Of a stretch of 64,000 bases of DNA, positions 39,340-49,143 are shown piece after piece. Both the position numbers and the translations under genes were made by a program. Below the pieces are notes generated by a model that searched no databases, had not been told where the DNA came from, and worked only from the letters and a program-made list of their open reading frames with translations. Positions within the stretch are counted from its first letter, which is position 1. The number at the start of each line of letters is the position of its first letter. The stretch comes from Promethearchaeota archaeon (GTDB lineage Archaea > Asgardarchaeota > Lokiarchaeia > Sigyniarchaeales > SOKP01), in contig JALGVJ010000001.1 of NCBI GenBank assembly GCA_029838195.1, forward strand, positions 227,107 through 291,106. The letters are read 5' to 3'.

Positions 39340-39788
39340 TTTTTTACCTTTTATTTTTTTGATTTTTATTCTAATTCATATTGAAGTTCTAGATACTTTT
39401 AAACAATTTCTTTTTAATTTATTAGTCTTAACGTGTTCGTAAAATATATTAAATTCTCCCTCCCTCATCTCATTCTTATTGTCATTTTCTTTTGTTTATT
39501 TAGAACTTCTTACAATTCAGTACGAATTTTTTAGCCACCTTGCTAACTCTTTAAATTGGGCTTTTTGCCCACTCAATTATTAAGATTTGCGGTGCTTTCT
39601 CAAAAAAACCTGATTTTCATTTTCCAAGCCATTAAAAAATTTTTAATCGATTCCGTACTTTAATTCACGCGTGATTTTCCTGATAGCTTTAAGCCATGCT
39701 TCCTTTTAGCAAGGATCTGACTTACATAACGTGAGTATGTTCAATTTCATTTATCTTAATTTATTAACTTTTTCAAAGTGACCCAATC

Positions 39789-39849
39789 ATGAATGGTTAA
39801 TGATCGGATCCCACAAAAATAGACAAACTGGGTAACCATTACCATTCAT
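39789..39849. other. Intergenic inverted repeat / hairpin
   Basis: atgaatggttaatg (39789-39802) versus cattaccattcat (39837-39849), with an inner ccca/tggg stem. Confidence 0.55.
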
Positions 39850-39968
39850 ATTATAATAAACCATCTATTCAATCTCAAAATCTTTTATTGATCTGGCATG
39901 GGAATGAAGAAAAATGTTAGCGATATCATCAGAAATGATCAATATTTTTCCGTTATATTGTTACTAAA

Positions 39969-40283
39969 ATGTCGAAAAAAGATAATTTTTTTATAGGAAT
40001 ACACTATTTGTATCTTGAGATGATAATTACAAAATCTAGTCTGGATCGAACTGAAAAAGCAGAAAATAACTTCAAGAATATCAAGGAATCCATTAAAGGA
40101 TTATACGAAATCTTGAACCTCACCCTCAATAAAGAGGCCCTCTACCATGAACTCGCCATGGAAAACCTGACAGGCTTGTATCAAAATTTAGTTGAAATGT
40201 TGTTAAATGATTATGGCCTCAGGAAATTAATTGAAAAACTTCATGATCAAGAAATAGATCTAGATATCAAATTAGAAGAATGA
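39969..40283 (+). CDS. Hypothetical helical protein
   Basis: Open frame with coding-like composition; real start may be ATG 40020. Confidence 0.6.
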   Translation: MSKKDNFFIGIHYLYLEMIITKSSLDRTEKAENNFKNIKESIKGLYEILNLTLNKEALYHELAMENLTGLYQNLVEMLLNDYGLRKLIEKLHDQEIDLDIKLEE

Positions 40284-40533
40284 TAAAACCATTTTCTCTC
40301 TTTAACGATTTTTGTTGTCGAAGTTCTTTTTGAAAAAATATCATTCTTTAAACCTAAAGAATTATCATTTTCTGGCCCCATTCAATTATTATAACTAAAA
40401 AAATTTGGAATTTTGATTTTATTAAATAACGTATCAAGTTCATTAAAGTTAAATTTCTCGCCATGAGTGTAATACATTCTGATTTTTAGAAAGTAAAAAT
40501 TAAAAGTAAAATAAAAAAAAAAAAGATTTACTA

Positions 40534-41928
40534 TTATAATTTCATCTCGATTAACTTACTTTTTAAATCTTGACTCTTCTCAGGCGTGATATCATAAAAA
40601 AGCCAAAATATTAAAACTCCAATGGCAATAAAAATAGCAGGAATCAAACCAAAATGTAATTGAAGCCCCATTAATGCCAATGGGGCCTGTTCTTCAGAAC
40701 CTTCAACGAATCCCGTTAGCGTGTGAACTATCGCTAGAGTTTGTGCCTGAATTACCCGTGCTAAATTTAAAAAGAACTGACGGAATCCTCCATATGTCGA
40801 TTCTCTCCGCCTTCCGGACAATACTACGCTCTCATCAATAATGTCAGAATAAACTGGAGTAATTAGTGGCCAAAAACCGCCAAATGCCACACCATATAAG
40901 AAGATAAAGATTAAAATGCCCGGCAAATTTCTCATGAACGTCAAGGGCAGAGCGAAAATTGCCATGAATATTGCTGCTATGATATAAGTCTTTCTGTTAT
41001 TTCCCGTTTTATTTGCATGGCGAACCCAAAACGGGATGGAAATCAAACTTCCGATAAAAAGCATGAGAATGATGATGGTGACAATCTCTTCTTCTGTTTT
41101 CAAAACAAAACGGGTGATATAGAAAACCGAGGCTTGCATCGTCTGAATCATGGCTTGATATAGAATATAGAGACATAAGAATGCCAGATAATTTTTATGC
41201 GTTAACACGCTTTTCGCGGCTTTAAAGAATGATTCTTTTTCTTGTTTTTCTTGGTGAGCTAAGTAATGTTCAACTGTAGGCTTATCATCTTTGATGCCTG
41301 GAATCATGAAAATGTAACAGGCCAAGCTTATTGCTACGCAAACGGCTGCCATAATTGAATAGGAACTGATAGTGCCATAATTGATTAATAAGGGTGGCGC
41401 AACAAAGGAAAGAATAACGCCTACGAATCCTAAATACACCTCAAATGTCGCCATGAGCCTTCGCTCCCCTTGATCCCTGAATTTATCGGGGCCAAGAGCC
41501 CAAAAATTTACGGTGAAAAACGATTCTACCGTATCAAAAAGGCATGTAGAAAACACGAGCCAACCGAATGTACCTAATTGGGATCCAATTACAAAAGCGG
41601 GAGGTGTAAATACCAACCAGAAACAAAAAATCATGGGAATGAAGAATCCTGCAATGAAAGGAAAGCGTCTTCCCCATTTTCTTGTCCATCGGAATGGTCT
41701 ATCCGTTAGAAAACCAATTACAGGGTCGTTAAATGCGTCATATAAGGCATATATAGTGATACCTGCCCCTGCCAGCAAAGATTCCAATCCTAATTCTGTT
41801 TCATAGAAGAAGAAAACTAAAACGCTAAGAACGCCTTGAATTAATTCGATAGGAATGCTGGCAACGTTCATGGAGGCCATTTCTTTTTTAGAATGATAAA
41901 TAATGGGTGCTTCTTTAAGTTCACTCAT
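40534..41928 (-). CDS. MFS glycoside-pentoside-hexuronide (MelB-like) transporter
   Basis: DAFNDPVIGFLTDR...WGRRFPF, DIIDE..GRRRES.YG. Confidence 0.9.
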   Translation of the reverse strand: MSELKEAPIIYHSKKEMASMNVASIPIELIQGVLSVLVFFFYETELGLESLLAGAGITIYALYDAFNDPVIGFLTDRPFRWTRKWGRRFPFIAGFFIPMIFCFWLVFTPPAFVIGSQLGTFGWLVFSTCLFDTVESFFTVNFWALGPDKFRDQGERRLMATFEVYLGFVGVILSFVAPPLLINYGTISSYSIMAAVCVAISLACYIFMIPGIKDDKPTVEHYLAHQEKQEKESFFKAAKSVLTHKNYLAFLCLYILYQAMIQTMQASVFYITRFVLKTEEEIVTIIILMLFIGSLISIPFWVRHANKTGNNRKTYIIAAIFMAIFALPLTFMRNLPGILIFIFLYGVAFGGFWPLITPVYSDIIDESVVLSGRRRESTYGGFRQFFLNLARVIQAQTLAIVHTLTGFVEGSEEQAPLALMGLQLHFGLIPAIFIAIGVLIFWLFYDITPEKSQDLKSKLIEMKL

Positions 41929-42290
41929 TTTTTTCCACGTTGTTTTTTTAAAATTAAGTGTTGTTTAACAATTAAAATTACAAGGACTGAGTAATACATT
42001 TTCCTTATAAAAACTTTTTTTTCCATGCCCCAACCCAATGGTTATTTGAGTTTGATTTTAAAGCCCTTCAAGAAAAAAGCCTTCTATTTTAATCTTTTAG
42101 CATGAAATAATGGAATGAATGGTAATGGAAAAACATATAAATCCAATAATTAATAAAAATCACTTATCAAAATCGACGAAAAAACCATGAATATCAAAAC
42201 TATTGAAGTTAGATTGAAAGAAAAGGAGAAAATAAAAATTTTATTGAAAATTTTTTGGAGATAATCGTAAATGGGGGTTTTGAAAAGAAA

Positions 42291-43775
42291 TTAATGGAAA
42301 GATGGGCGCCCTTTTCTATGAATGGCCATACCTACGACGTCTTCAGCGGCTTCCATGACCATTTCCGAAATGGTTGGATGCGAGTGGATGGTTTCTCCTA
42401 AGTCGTGAACGGTTAAACCATGTTTTATTGCTAATGCAATTTCTGCTATTAGTTCTGGTGCTTCTGCTCCAATGCAGGAGGCTCCAATGATCTTACCCGT
42501 ATTTTTTTCAGCTAAAATCATGAGAAAGCCCTCTTCTTCGCTCATGCACTTGGCTTTTCCAAGCGAAGCAAAAGGGAAGCGCCCCATGGCCACATCTATT
42601 CCTTGTCGTTTTGCTTGATCGCGTCGGAATCCAACAGAACCGATATTAGGGCTTGTAAAGATGGTTGCGGGCACGACGGAATAGTCTGCCTTTTTACTGG
42701 TCACGGGGAACCCTCCGAGGCTATTTAAAGCGTTTGCAACGGCTACATCTGCTTCATAATATGCCACGTGAGCGAGCATGATGCCGCCGGTCACATCTCC
42801 GATAGCATAGATCCCTTTTACATTAGTTTCAAGAGTTTCTCTATCGACTTGAATGGCTCCTCGGTCCACTTCAATTCCCATTTCTTCAAGACCAAGGTTG
42901 CTGGATTCTTTTGCGCGTCCAATGGAAACCAAGCAATAATCGGCTTCATAAGTGAACTTTTCAGCAGAATCGATTTGGTCTCGGGGCACGTCAGCTGAAC
43001 AAGTGGTAGCTTTTACTCCTGAACCGGTGTTTTCAATGGATAAGACATTTTGAGACACGTGCAATTCAATGCCTAATGCATCCATTTTTTTCCTTAATTC
43101 CTTGATGATCATGGGTTCTTCAGTAGCAATGGGAGAAGATAAATATTCGAGCATGGTAACCTTACTTCCAAAGGTGGCAAAGATGTTTGCAAATTCGCAA
43201 CCAATAACTCCAGCTCCAATTATTAATAATCTTTCAGGAACGATCTTGAAATTGGGGTCTAAAATATCATCGCTCGTGAGAATTCGTTCATGGTCGATAT
43301 TAAATGCTGGAATCAACGCAGGTGAGGAGCCGGTAGCAATGATCACGCGTTTTGCTTTAATCTCTGTAGTTGTTTCTCCTTCAATGGCGATATTGAACCC
43401 ATTTTCAGCATCTCCGCCTGCCAATTTTCCACGACCCCAATAGATATCATTTTTCCAAGCTTTTTCTAAGCTTTCGATTCCTCCCACCAGTTCTTCGATC
43501 ACCTTATTTTTACGCTCTACGGCTCGTGCAAAATTTAAGGTCATGGGACAATTCTCGATACCAAATTCTCTTCCATGTTCTCTCATTCTTTGGATGAGTT
43601 CGGTTGAGGCATATAAGGCTTTCGTGGGAATGCACCCTCGATTAAGGCAAGTGCCGCCGAGTTTGTTTTTTTCTATTAGAGCTACCTTAGCTCCATATTG
43701 GGCGGCTCTAATAGCGCCATGATATCCACCTGGCCCCCCTCCGATGATTGCTACATCATAAATCTTTTCACTCAT
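42291..43775 (-). CDS. lpdA: Dihydrolipoyl dehydrogenase
   Basis: GGGPGGY, GGTCLNRGCIPTK, GAGVIGCE, AIGD, LAHVA, HSHPTISE. Confidence 0.93.
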   Translation of the reverse strand: MSEKIYDVAIIGGGPGGYHGAIRAAQYGAKVALIEKNKLGGTCLNRGCIPTKALYASTELIQRMREHGREFGIENCPMTLNFARAVERKNKVIEELVGGIESLEKAWKNDIYWGRGKLAGGDAENGFNIAIEGETTTEIKAKRVIIATGSSPALIPAFNIDHERILTSDDILDPNFKIVPERLLIIGAGVIGCEFANIFATFGSKVTMLEYLSSPIATEEPMIIKELRKKMDALGIELHVSQNVLSIENTGSGVKATTCSADVPRDQIDSAEKFTYEADYCLVSIGRAKESSNLGLEEMGIEVDRGAIQVDRETLETNVKGIYAIGDVTGGIMLAHVAYYEADVAVANALNSLGGFPVTSKKADYSVVPATIFTSPNIGSVGFRRDQAKRQGIDVAMGRFPFASLGKAKCMSEEEGFLMILAEKNTGKIIGASCIGAEAPELIAEIALAIKHGLTVHDLGETIHSHPTISEMVMEAAEDVVGMAIHRKGRPSFH

Positions 43776-43948
43776 GATTCTTTCATTTTTCTTATTTGAT
43801 TAAGTTCAACATGTTGAATATAATGATTAAAAAAATGCATGATTAAAAAAATAAATAGGTATTGATGAATTTGTAAATTTAATTTTTTAATTTTGACATG
43901 GTATTGCATGAATAAATAAAAAACAATAATTCTCGGGTAAGTATTATC

Positions 43949-45373
43949 ATGTTTTTGAAAAATAGTTCTCAATTGCTCCAGGATATTAAGCCTGAAAATG
44001 CATTATATTTGCGTAAGGTAGCCTTGAAGACCTTAGAACTGGCCTTAGAGGCGATCAAGCCCTTAAATTTAATTCATGAAGCAGTATCTTTTGAAAAATC
44101 TAAACTAAGAGTGCTTGGACAAGAATTTCCATTAAACAAGGAGGGATTTATTTATATTATCGGAGGGGGAAAGGCCGCTGCCGAAATGGCACTTGCAATA
44201 GAAGAGTTGCTGGGCAAAAATGCTTGGGATCGATATGAGGGGATTATTAATATTCCAGAAGGATTAGAGCTCGGTTCAATTCGAAGTAAAAGTAAAATAA
44301 AAATGAATCGAGCTTCTCACCCCATACCAAACGAGAATGGGGTACGAGGAGTAAAGGAAATGATGAATTTAATAGAAAAAAGCCGGCAAGATGATATTAT
44401 TATCTGTTTAATTACGGGTGGAGGGTCAGCATTATTACCTCTTCCTAGAGAAGGTGTCTCTTTAAACGACTTGCAAGAAGTAAATGCTCAATTATTAGCT
44501 TGTGGAGCAAGCATTCAAGAAATAAATACCATTCGGAAGCATTTATCTGCATTTAAAGGTGGGAATTTAGCGAAAAAAATTCATGATGTGAGTGGAGCTA
44601 CCTTGATTACTCTCATTATCTCTGATGTAATAGGAGATCCATTGGACGTTATTGCTTCGGGACCCACTGTGCCCGATAGGAGTTCTTTTAAAGATGCACT
44701 TGAGATTTTAAAAAAATACAATATTCTTGATGATATTCCCTTATCTGCTCGTCAATTAATAGAAGACGGGGTAAAAGGGAAGAGAGAAGAAACTCCAAAA
44801 GAGTCTGATGCTTGTTTTCGAAATGTTCATAATTTTTTAATAGGGAGTGTTAAAGTGGCGATAAATAAAATCTTACCTTATTTAGAACAAGAAGGGTTTC
44901 AAGCGGAATATTTCTCGGATAAAATTTCAGGTGAAGCAAGAGAATTTGGAAAATATTTATTTGATAAACTTAAAGCGGAATATCACGTGTTTGATGAGAA
45001 ACAAATAGTACTTCAAAAAAAGCAAGCATTAATCGGTTCAGGGGAGCTGACGGTTACAATTAAAGGAACGGGGATTGGGGGCCGCAATCAGGAAATGCTT
45101 CTCAGTTTTATCAAGGAAGCAATCCCTCATGCCATGAGCCGTGATTTCTTAATCTTGAGCGTTAACCTTGACGGTATTGAAGGAAATAGTAATGCAATGG
45201 GTGCCATTGTTGATAATTTGATTTTAGAGCAAACGAAGCAACTTCGCTTGAATCCTGAGCTTTACTTAGAGAATAATGATTCGAATTCTTTTTTTAAAAA
45301 AGTACATTCAGAACTCATTAGTGGACCTACCGGATGCAATGTAAATGATCTTTTAATATGTTTAATTATATAG
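43949..45373 (+). CDS. Glycerate 2-kinase (MOFRL family)
   Basis: GGGKAA, SHPIP, GGGSAL, RKHLS..KGG, SDVIGD...IASGPT, GGRNQE, TGCNVND. Confidence 0.9.
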   Translation: MFLKNSSQLLQDIKPENALYLRKVALKTLELALEAIKPLNLIHEAVSFEKSKLRVLGQEFPLNKEGFIYIIGGGKAAAEMALAIEELLGKNAWDRYEGIINIPEGLELGSIRSKSKIKMNRASHPIPNENGVRGVKEMMNLIEKSRQDDIIICLITGGGSALLPLPREGVSLNDLQEVNAQLLACGASIQEINTIRKHLSAFKGGNLAKKIHDVSGATLITLIISDVIGDPLDVIASGPTVPDRSSFKDALEILKKYNILDDIPLSARQLIEDGVKGKREETPKESDACFRNVHNFLIGSVKVAINKILPYLEQEGFQAEYFSDKISGEAREFGKYLFDKLKAEYHVFDEKQIVLQKKQALIGSGELTVTIKGTGIGGRNQEMLLSFIKEAIPHAMSRDFLILSVNLDGIEGNSNAMGAIVDNLILEQTKQLRLNPELYLENNDSNSFFKKVHSELISGPTGCNVNDLLICLII

Positions 45374-45419
45374 TTAAGTTAAGCATGAACAACAATAATA
45401 AAATAATAAGAAAATTAAG

Positions 45420-45596
45420 ATGAAAGGCGTTGGAAATCCATTTATCATCACTTGTCCGGCATGTGGATTTAGCTTTCAGAAGGTAAATCCCAAATCCGGT
45501 AAGCGAGTAAAAGCTTGTCCCATGTGTGGGTATAAATTCATTGAGTTTGACGATAGTTCCGCTCGAAAAGATGATTATAAAAGGCCCTTAATATAA
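45420..45596 (+). CDS. Small zinc-ribbon protein (58 aa; not in the ORF track)
   Basis: MKGVGNPFIITCPACGFSFQKVNPKSGKRVKACPMCGYKFIEFDDSSARKDDYKRPLI, with two CPxCG knuckles. Confidence 0.8.
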   Translation: MKGVGNPFIITCPACGFSFQKVNPKSGKRVKACPMCGYKFIEFDDSSARKDDYKRPLI

Positions 45597-45643
45597 AAAG
45601 TTCCTTGTTATAAACCTTAATCGGATTATTCATTAATTAGAAC

Positions 45644-46243
45644 TCATAAAATGAATAAAGGCATGAAGGTAGTGAAGCCTGCTAAAATTCCTTCCATCAC
45701 GGCGGAGATTAATAATTTAAGAGCCTTGGAAACATGATCTTTTTTTAACCCAATTGTTAAATAATGAAAACATGCTACGATTTGGGCAAACGAAAGAAAT
45801 GAAAAAAAGGCTATGGCATAAAAGATGGTTTTTTCATGAGGATAAAGTGCAGTTTCTACATCTTCAATCCGATTCAAAGTCCTTGGTTCAATCATGCCAT
45901 GAAAATTAATAAATTCAAAAAAGATTTTGTCTGGTAATGGATCAAGCAAGAAAATGAGAAAAAACGTGAAATAATTAAACATTATTCCGAATCCGAAAAA
46001 CAAATAAAGAACACCCGTGAAAATGCGAGCATTTTTTAATTGATTTTCATTTTTAAAATGATCCGGACTCAATCTTTCGTTGATATAAATGCCCCTAAAC
46101 TTCATGAGAGTCAGTAGCCCCATAAAAATTAAAAAAATACTAAAAATATATTTTAAATAGGAAAAAGTGAGTAAAAAGAAATTATTAATGAGAGTGCATA
46201 ACTTTTCCAGCCCTTGCAGAAGTGTTTCTAAAATATCACTCAT
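45644..46243 (-). CDS. Hypothetical membrane protein (about 4 TM)
   Basis: Four hydrophobic segments; no family recognised. Confidence 0.65.
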   Translation of the reverse strand: MSDILETLLQGLEKLCTLINNFFLLTFSYLKYIFSIFLIFMGLLTLMKFRGIYINERLSPDHFKNENQLKNARIFTGVLYLFFGFGIMFNYFTFFLIFLLDPLPDKIFFEFINFHGMIEPRTLNRIEDVETALYPHEKTIFYAIAFFSFLSFAQIVACFHYLTIGLKKDHVSKALKLLISAVMEGILAGFTTFMPLFIL

Positions 46244-46628
46244 GGTTTTATTAGAGATTACATTTGGACGGCTTATTTTATATATTTCATTTTAAAGTAT
46301 TAAAAGTCAACTAATTTTAATCGCATGATATTAAGATATCCATCATTTAAAATATGAAATATTATGCACTTAGATTTTTTTAAGAAAAGAAAGATAAATG
46401 ATAATTTCTAATTTCAATTTATTTTTTCATGATAAGAATTGATTATACAATATTGTAAAATCAATTTTTAGTCAATCTTTTCTCTATATCAATAAATAAA
46501 TTATTGAACTAAATTATTTAAACCATGTTAATTATTTAATATTTACGAAATTAAAACTAAATTTACCATAAATTAATCCAAATTAAATTAGAAAAAAAAA
46601 TAATAATTAGATCTAGTGAAAAAGAGAA

Positions 46629-48836
46629 ATGTTTGGAAGAAAAAAAGATATAGAGAAAAAGCAAAAAACACCTTCAAAGAAAAAAGAACCATCGACGGCC
46701 CATTGGGGTGCTGAAGAGGAAGATGAGGCCTTAAAAGCGGAGGGACTAAAGAGAATTGATATGGATGTCGGGCGCGTGGAGTTGGTAGATCGGGACACGA
46801 ACACGCCCTATATTGAAACTTATGATGAGGAGACAGGAGAATTAGAGGGGAGTATCTTGCTGAAAGATGGAAATCGGGAAGGTTTACTCGCCTTGGTTAA
46901 GATCATTGAACAAGTTAAAGTGGAGCAAGATCATGGTGCTGACATGAAATCTATTGGGTTTAAAGGGCAATTAAACGTGGAAAACCCGAGTAAAGTTGAT
47001 AGGTTATGGGATATAGATTTGTCTTTAAAAAATATCGAGCAGACTACTCTAAAATCGGATCAGATTAAAATTCAAGAATTAGGTGTCACGGAAGAAGATA
47101 ACGTTGATTCTCAAGAATTTCAAATTAAAGGAGAAGCTAAAAATCTATTGTTAATCAAGGAATACATAAATACCTCTTCAAATGCGGGCGATATTTTAAA
47201 TATTCGCGATATCGAAAATGACCTTCTCTCGTTAAAAGATAAGACGGGAAAGGCAGAGGCTATAGAGGAAATCGAAGAAGAAGAGGAAGGGGAAGAAGAG
47301 GAAGATGAGACTGATGGAGGTGCTGTTGCCTCAGAATATAGTTTGGAATCCTTTGGAATTTCCATCGATAAGGAACAAGTTGTTACTTTTGGAATTGCCA
47401 TGCGTAATCTTTTTGAAAAACCCATTTCGAACGTTAAGGTCGTGAAAAGCATTCCTGCTGAATTTAAAAGCCCCAGGATCGTGGATACTACGATTGGAAG
47501 TGCAGATGTCAAGGGAGATCAATTAATCTGGACTATTGATGTTTTAGAACCCAAGGAAACCGCTCTTTTGAAATTCACCTGTGAAATCATGCCCACCTCT
47601 ATAGAGACCATTAAAACGGGTATCATTGAAGTGAATTACGTGGGAAGTTCTTCCTTCTCGGGAGGTTTGGCCATCGATAAATTTGATGCTTATACGAGAA
47701 ACCGCTTCTATATTGACATAGTTGAAAGAGATGAAGAACCAGATGTATGGGATTGTAAATTGGTGTTTGATAATACTTCTGAATTCGTTGTCCAATTATT
47801 TAATGCAGACGTGTATTCACCCGACGATGAATCAAAGAAGTTTGTAGATATTGATCCGAATGACGTTCCGACTTTACCAGCTGAAGCTCAATGGCATTCT
47901 GTCAAATGGATGTATGAATCGGAAGACTTTCCTACTTTCAAAAAGCTATTAGAATTTCGGGTAATGCCGGATTTTCAAACTATCGTAAATGGTTCCATTA
48001 CAATCGAAGATGTTGAATTATCTATAGCCAGCATTACTGGTGATGTCATTTATAGCTTACATGAAACAATACCGGAAAGAACTGGTGAAATGCCTGAAGA
48101 AGAAGAAGCAATGCTTATTAAGATTCCTACTTTCAAGGAAAAAGAGGTATATGCTTCTCTTAAAATTGAAAATAATGGGTCTGCGCCATTAAATGAAATT
48201 TCCATTATTCAACAATATTTTGATGAATATTATCAACCCCCTAATTCTGATGAGATCCAATTTTTCCTGAATGAGGAAGAAGTGGAATTGACCCCTGAAG
48301 CAGTTACTCTCGAAAATAATGTTCTTACCATCTCCTTAAAGAATTTAAAAGAGAGTTCCGTGGGAATGTTTGAGCCTGAATCCGTTTTGGAAGTTCGCTA
48401 TCCCATTCATTGTATGAAACCTCCAAGAGAGACTATTTTTGAATCAGAAATAATTTATTTGGCAAATACTTTTCCTCTTTCAGAAGAATTAGAATTCAGA
48501 CCTGAAGTTCCCGTCATTGAAAGTGTTCACATCAGAAAGAAGATCAGACTGGGAAAAGAGATCTTACCCATTGGAGAATTGGGCACGTACCAAATTATCA
48601 TTACTGCTGAAAACATTGGAACAAATGAACTAACAGATATAACCCTCTTCGATGTGGTGCCGGATAATTTTGAATATTCTGATTTTAATGTTGAGCCTGA
48701 AATTACTGATGAAATTGAGAAAGATACTTTAAAATGGACCATTGACATGCTCGATGAGGGAGAAAAGAAAGAATTTAGATATACCATTAAAGGTAGTGGA
48801 GATTATAAACCTTCAGAGGCTCAAATTTCTTATTAA
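46629..48836 (+). CDS. Acidic cytoplasmic multi-beta-sandwich protein with an adaptin mu-homology-like domain
   Basis: No signal peptide. Residues ~86-355 resemble the AP mu/delta-COP C-terminal domain, followed by further Ig-like (DUF11-like) repeats (LKWTIDMLDEGEKKEFRY). Confidence 0.6.
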   Translation: MFGRKKDIEKKQKTPSKKKEPSTAHWGAEEEDEALKAEGLKRIDMDVGRVELVDRDTNTPYIETYDEETGELEGSILLKDGNREGLLALVKIIEQVKVEQDHGADMKSIGFKGQLNVENPSKVDRLWDIDLSLKNIEQTTLKSDQIKIQELGVTEEDNVDSQEFQIKGEAKNLLLIKEYINTSSNAGDILNIRDIENDLLSLKDKTGKAEAIEEIEEEEEGEEEEDETDGGAVASEYSLESFGISIDKEQVVTFGIAMRNLFEKPISNVKVVKSIPAEFKSPRIVDTTIGSADVKGDQLIWTIDVLEPKETALLKFTCEIMPTSIETIKTGIIEVNYVGSSSFSGGLAIDKFDAYTRNRFYIDIVERDEEPDVWDCKLVFDNTSEFVVQLFNADVYSPDDESKKFVDIDPNDVPTLPAEAQWHSVKWMYESEDFPTFKKLLEFRVMPDFQTIVNGSITIEDVELSIASITGDVIYSLHETIPERTGEMPEEEEAMLIKIPTFKEKEVYASLKIENNGSAPLNEISIIQQYFDEYYQPPNSDEIQFFLNEEEVELTPEAVTLENNVLTISLKNLKESSVGMFEPESVLEVRYPIHCMKPPRETIFESEIIYLANTFPLSEELEFRPEVPVIESVHIRKKIRLGKEILPIGELGTYQIIITAENIGTNELTDITLFDVVPDNFEYSDFNVEPEITDEIEKDTLKWTIDMLDEGEKKEFRYTIKGSGDYKPSEAQISY

Positions 48837-49143
48837 ATCCATTTTTTTTATTTTATTCCTCTTTTTTCATGCTATTCCCCCTTCTTATTAATGTCCTTCA
48901 AGGTTCCTTCGTTTTAAACGTGATTCACGTGGAACAAACATGAGTTCTTTATAATAATTTGAATTAATTTTATTATCATTATAGGAGGAAAAGAATTAAT
49001 TTAATCACGTGAGGGGGATTCTCTTAAATGTTGTTTAGTTTAACGTTTTTTATTTCAATAAGGATTAAATAGATAAATTTCATGTAATTATTATACAAAA
49101 CATTAAACCGCATGTTTTATTTTCATGGATTTCGAACTAAATA

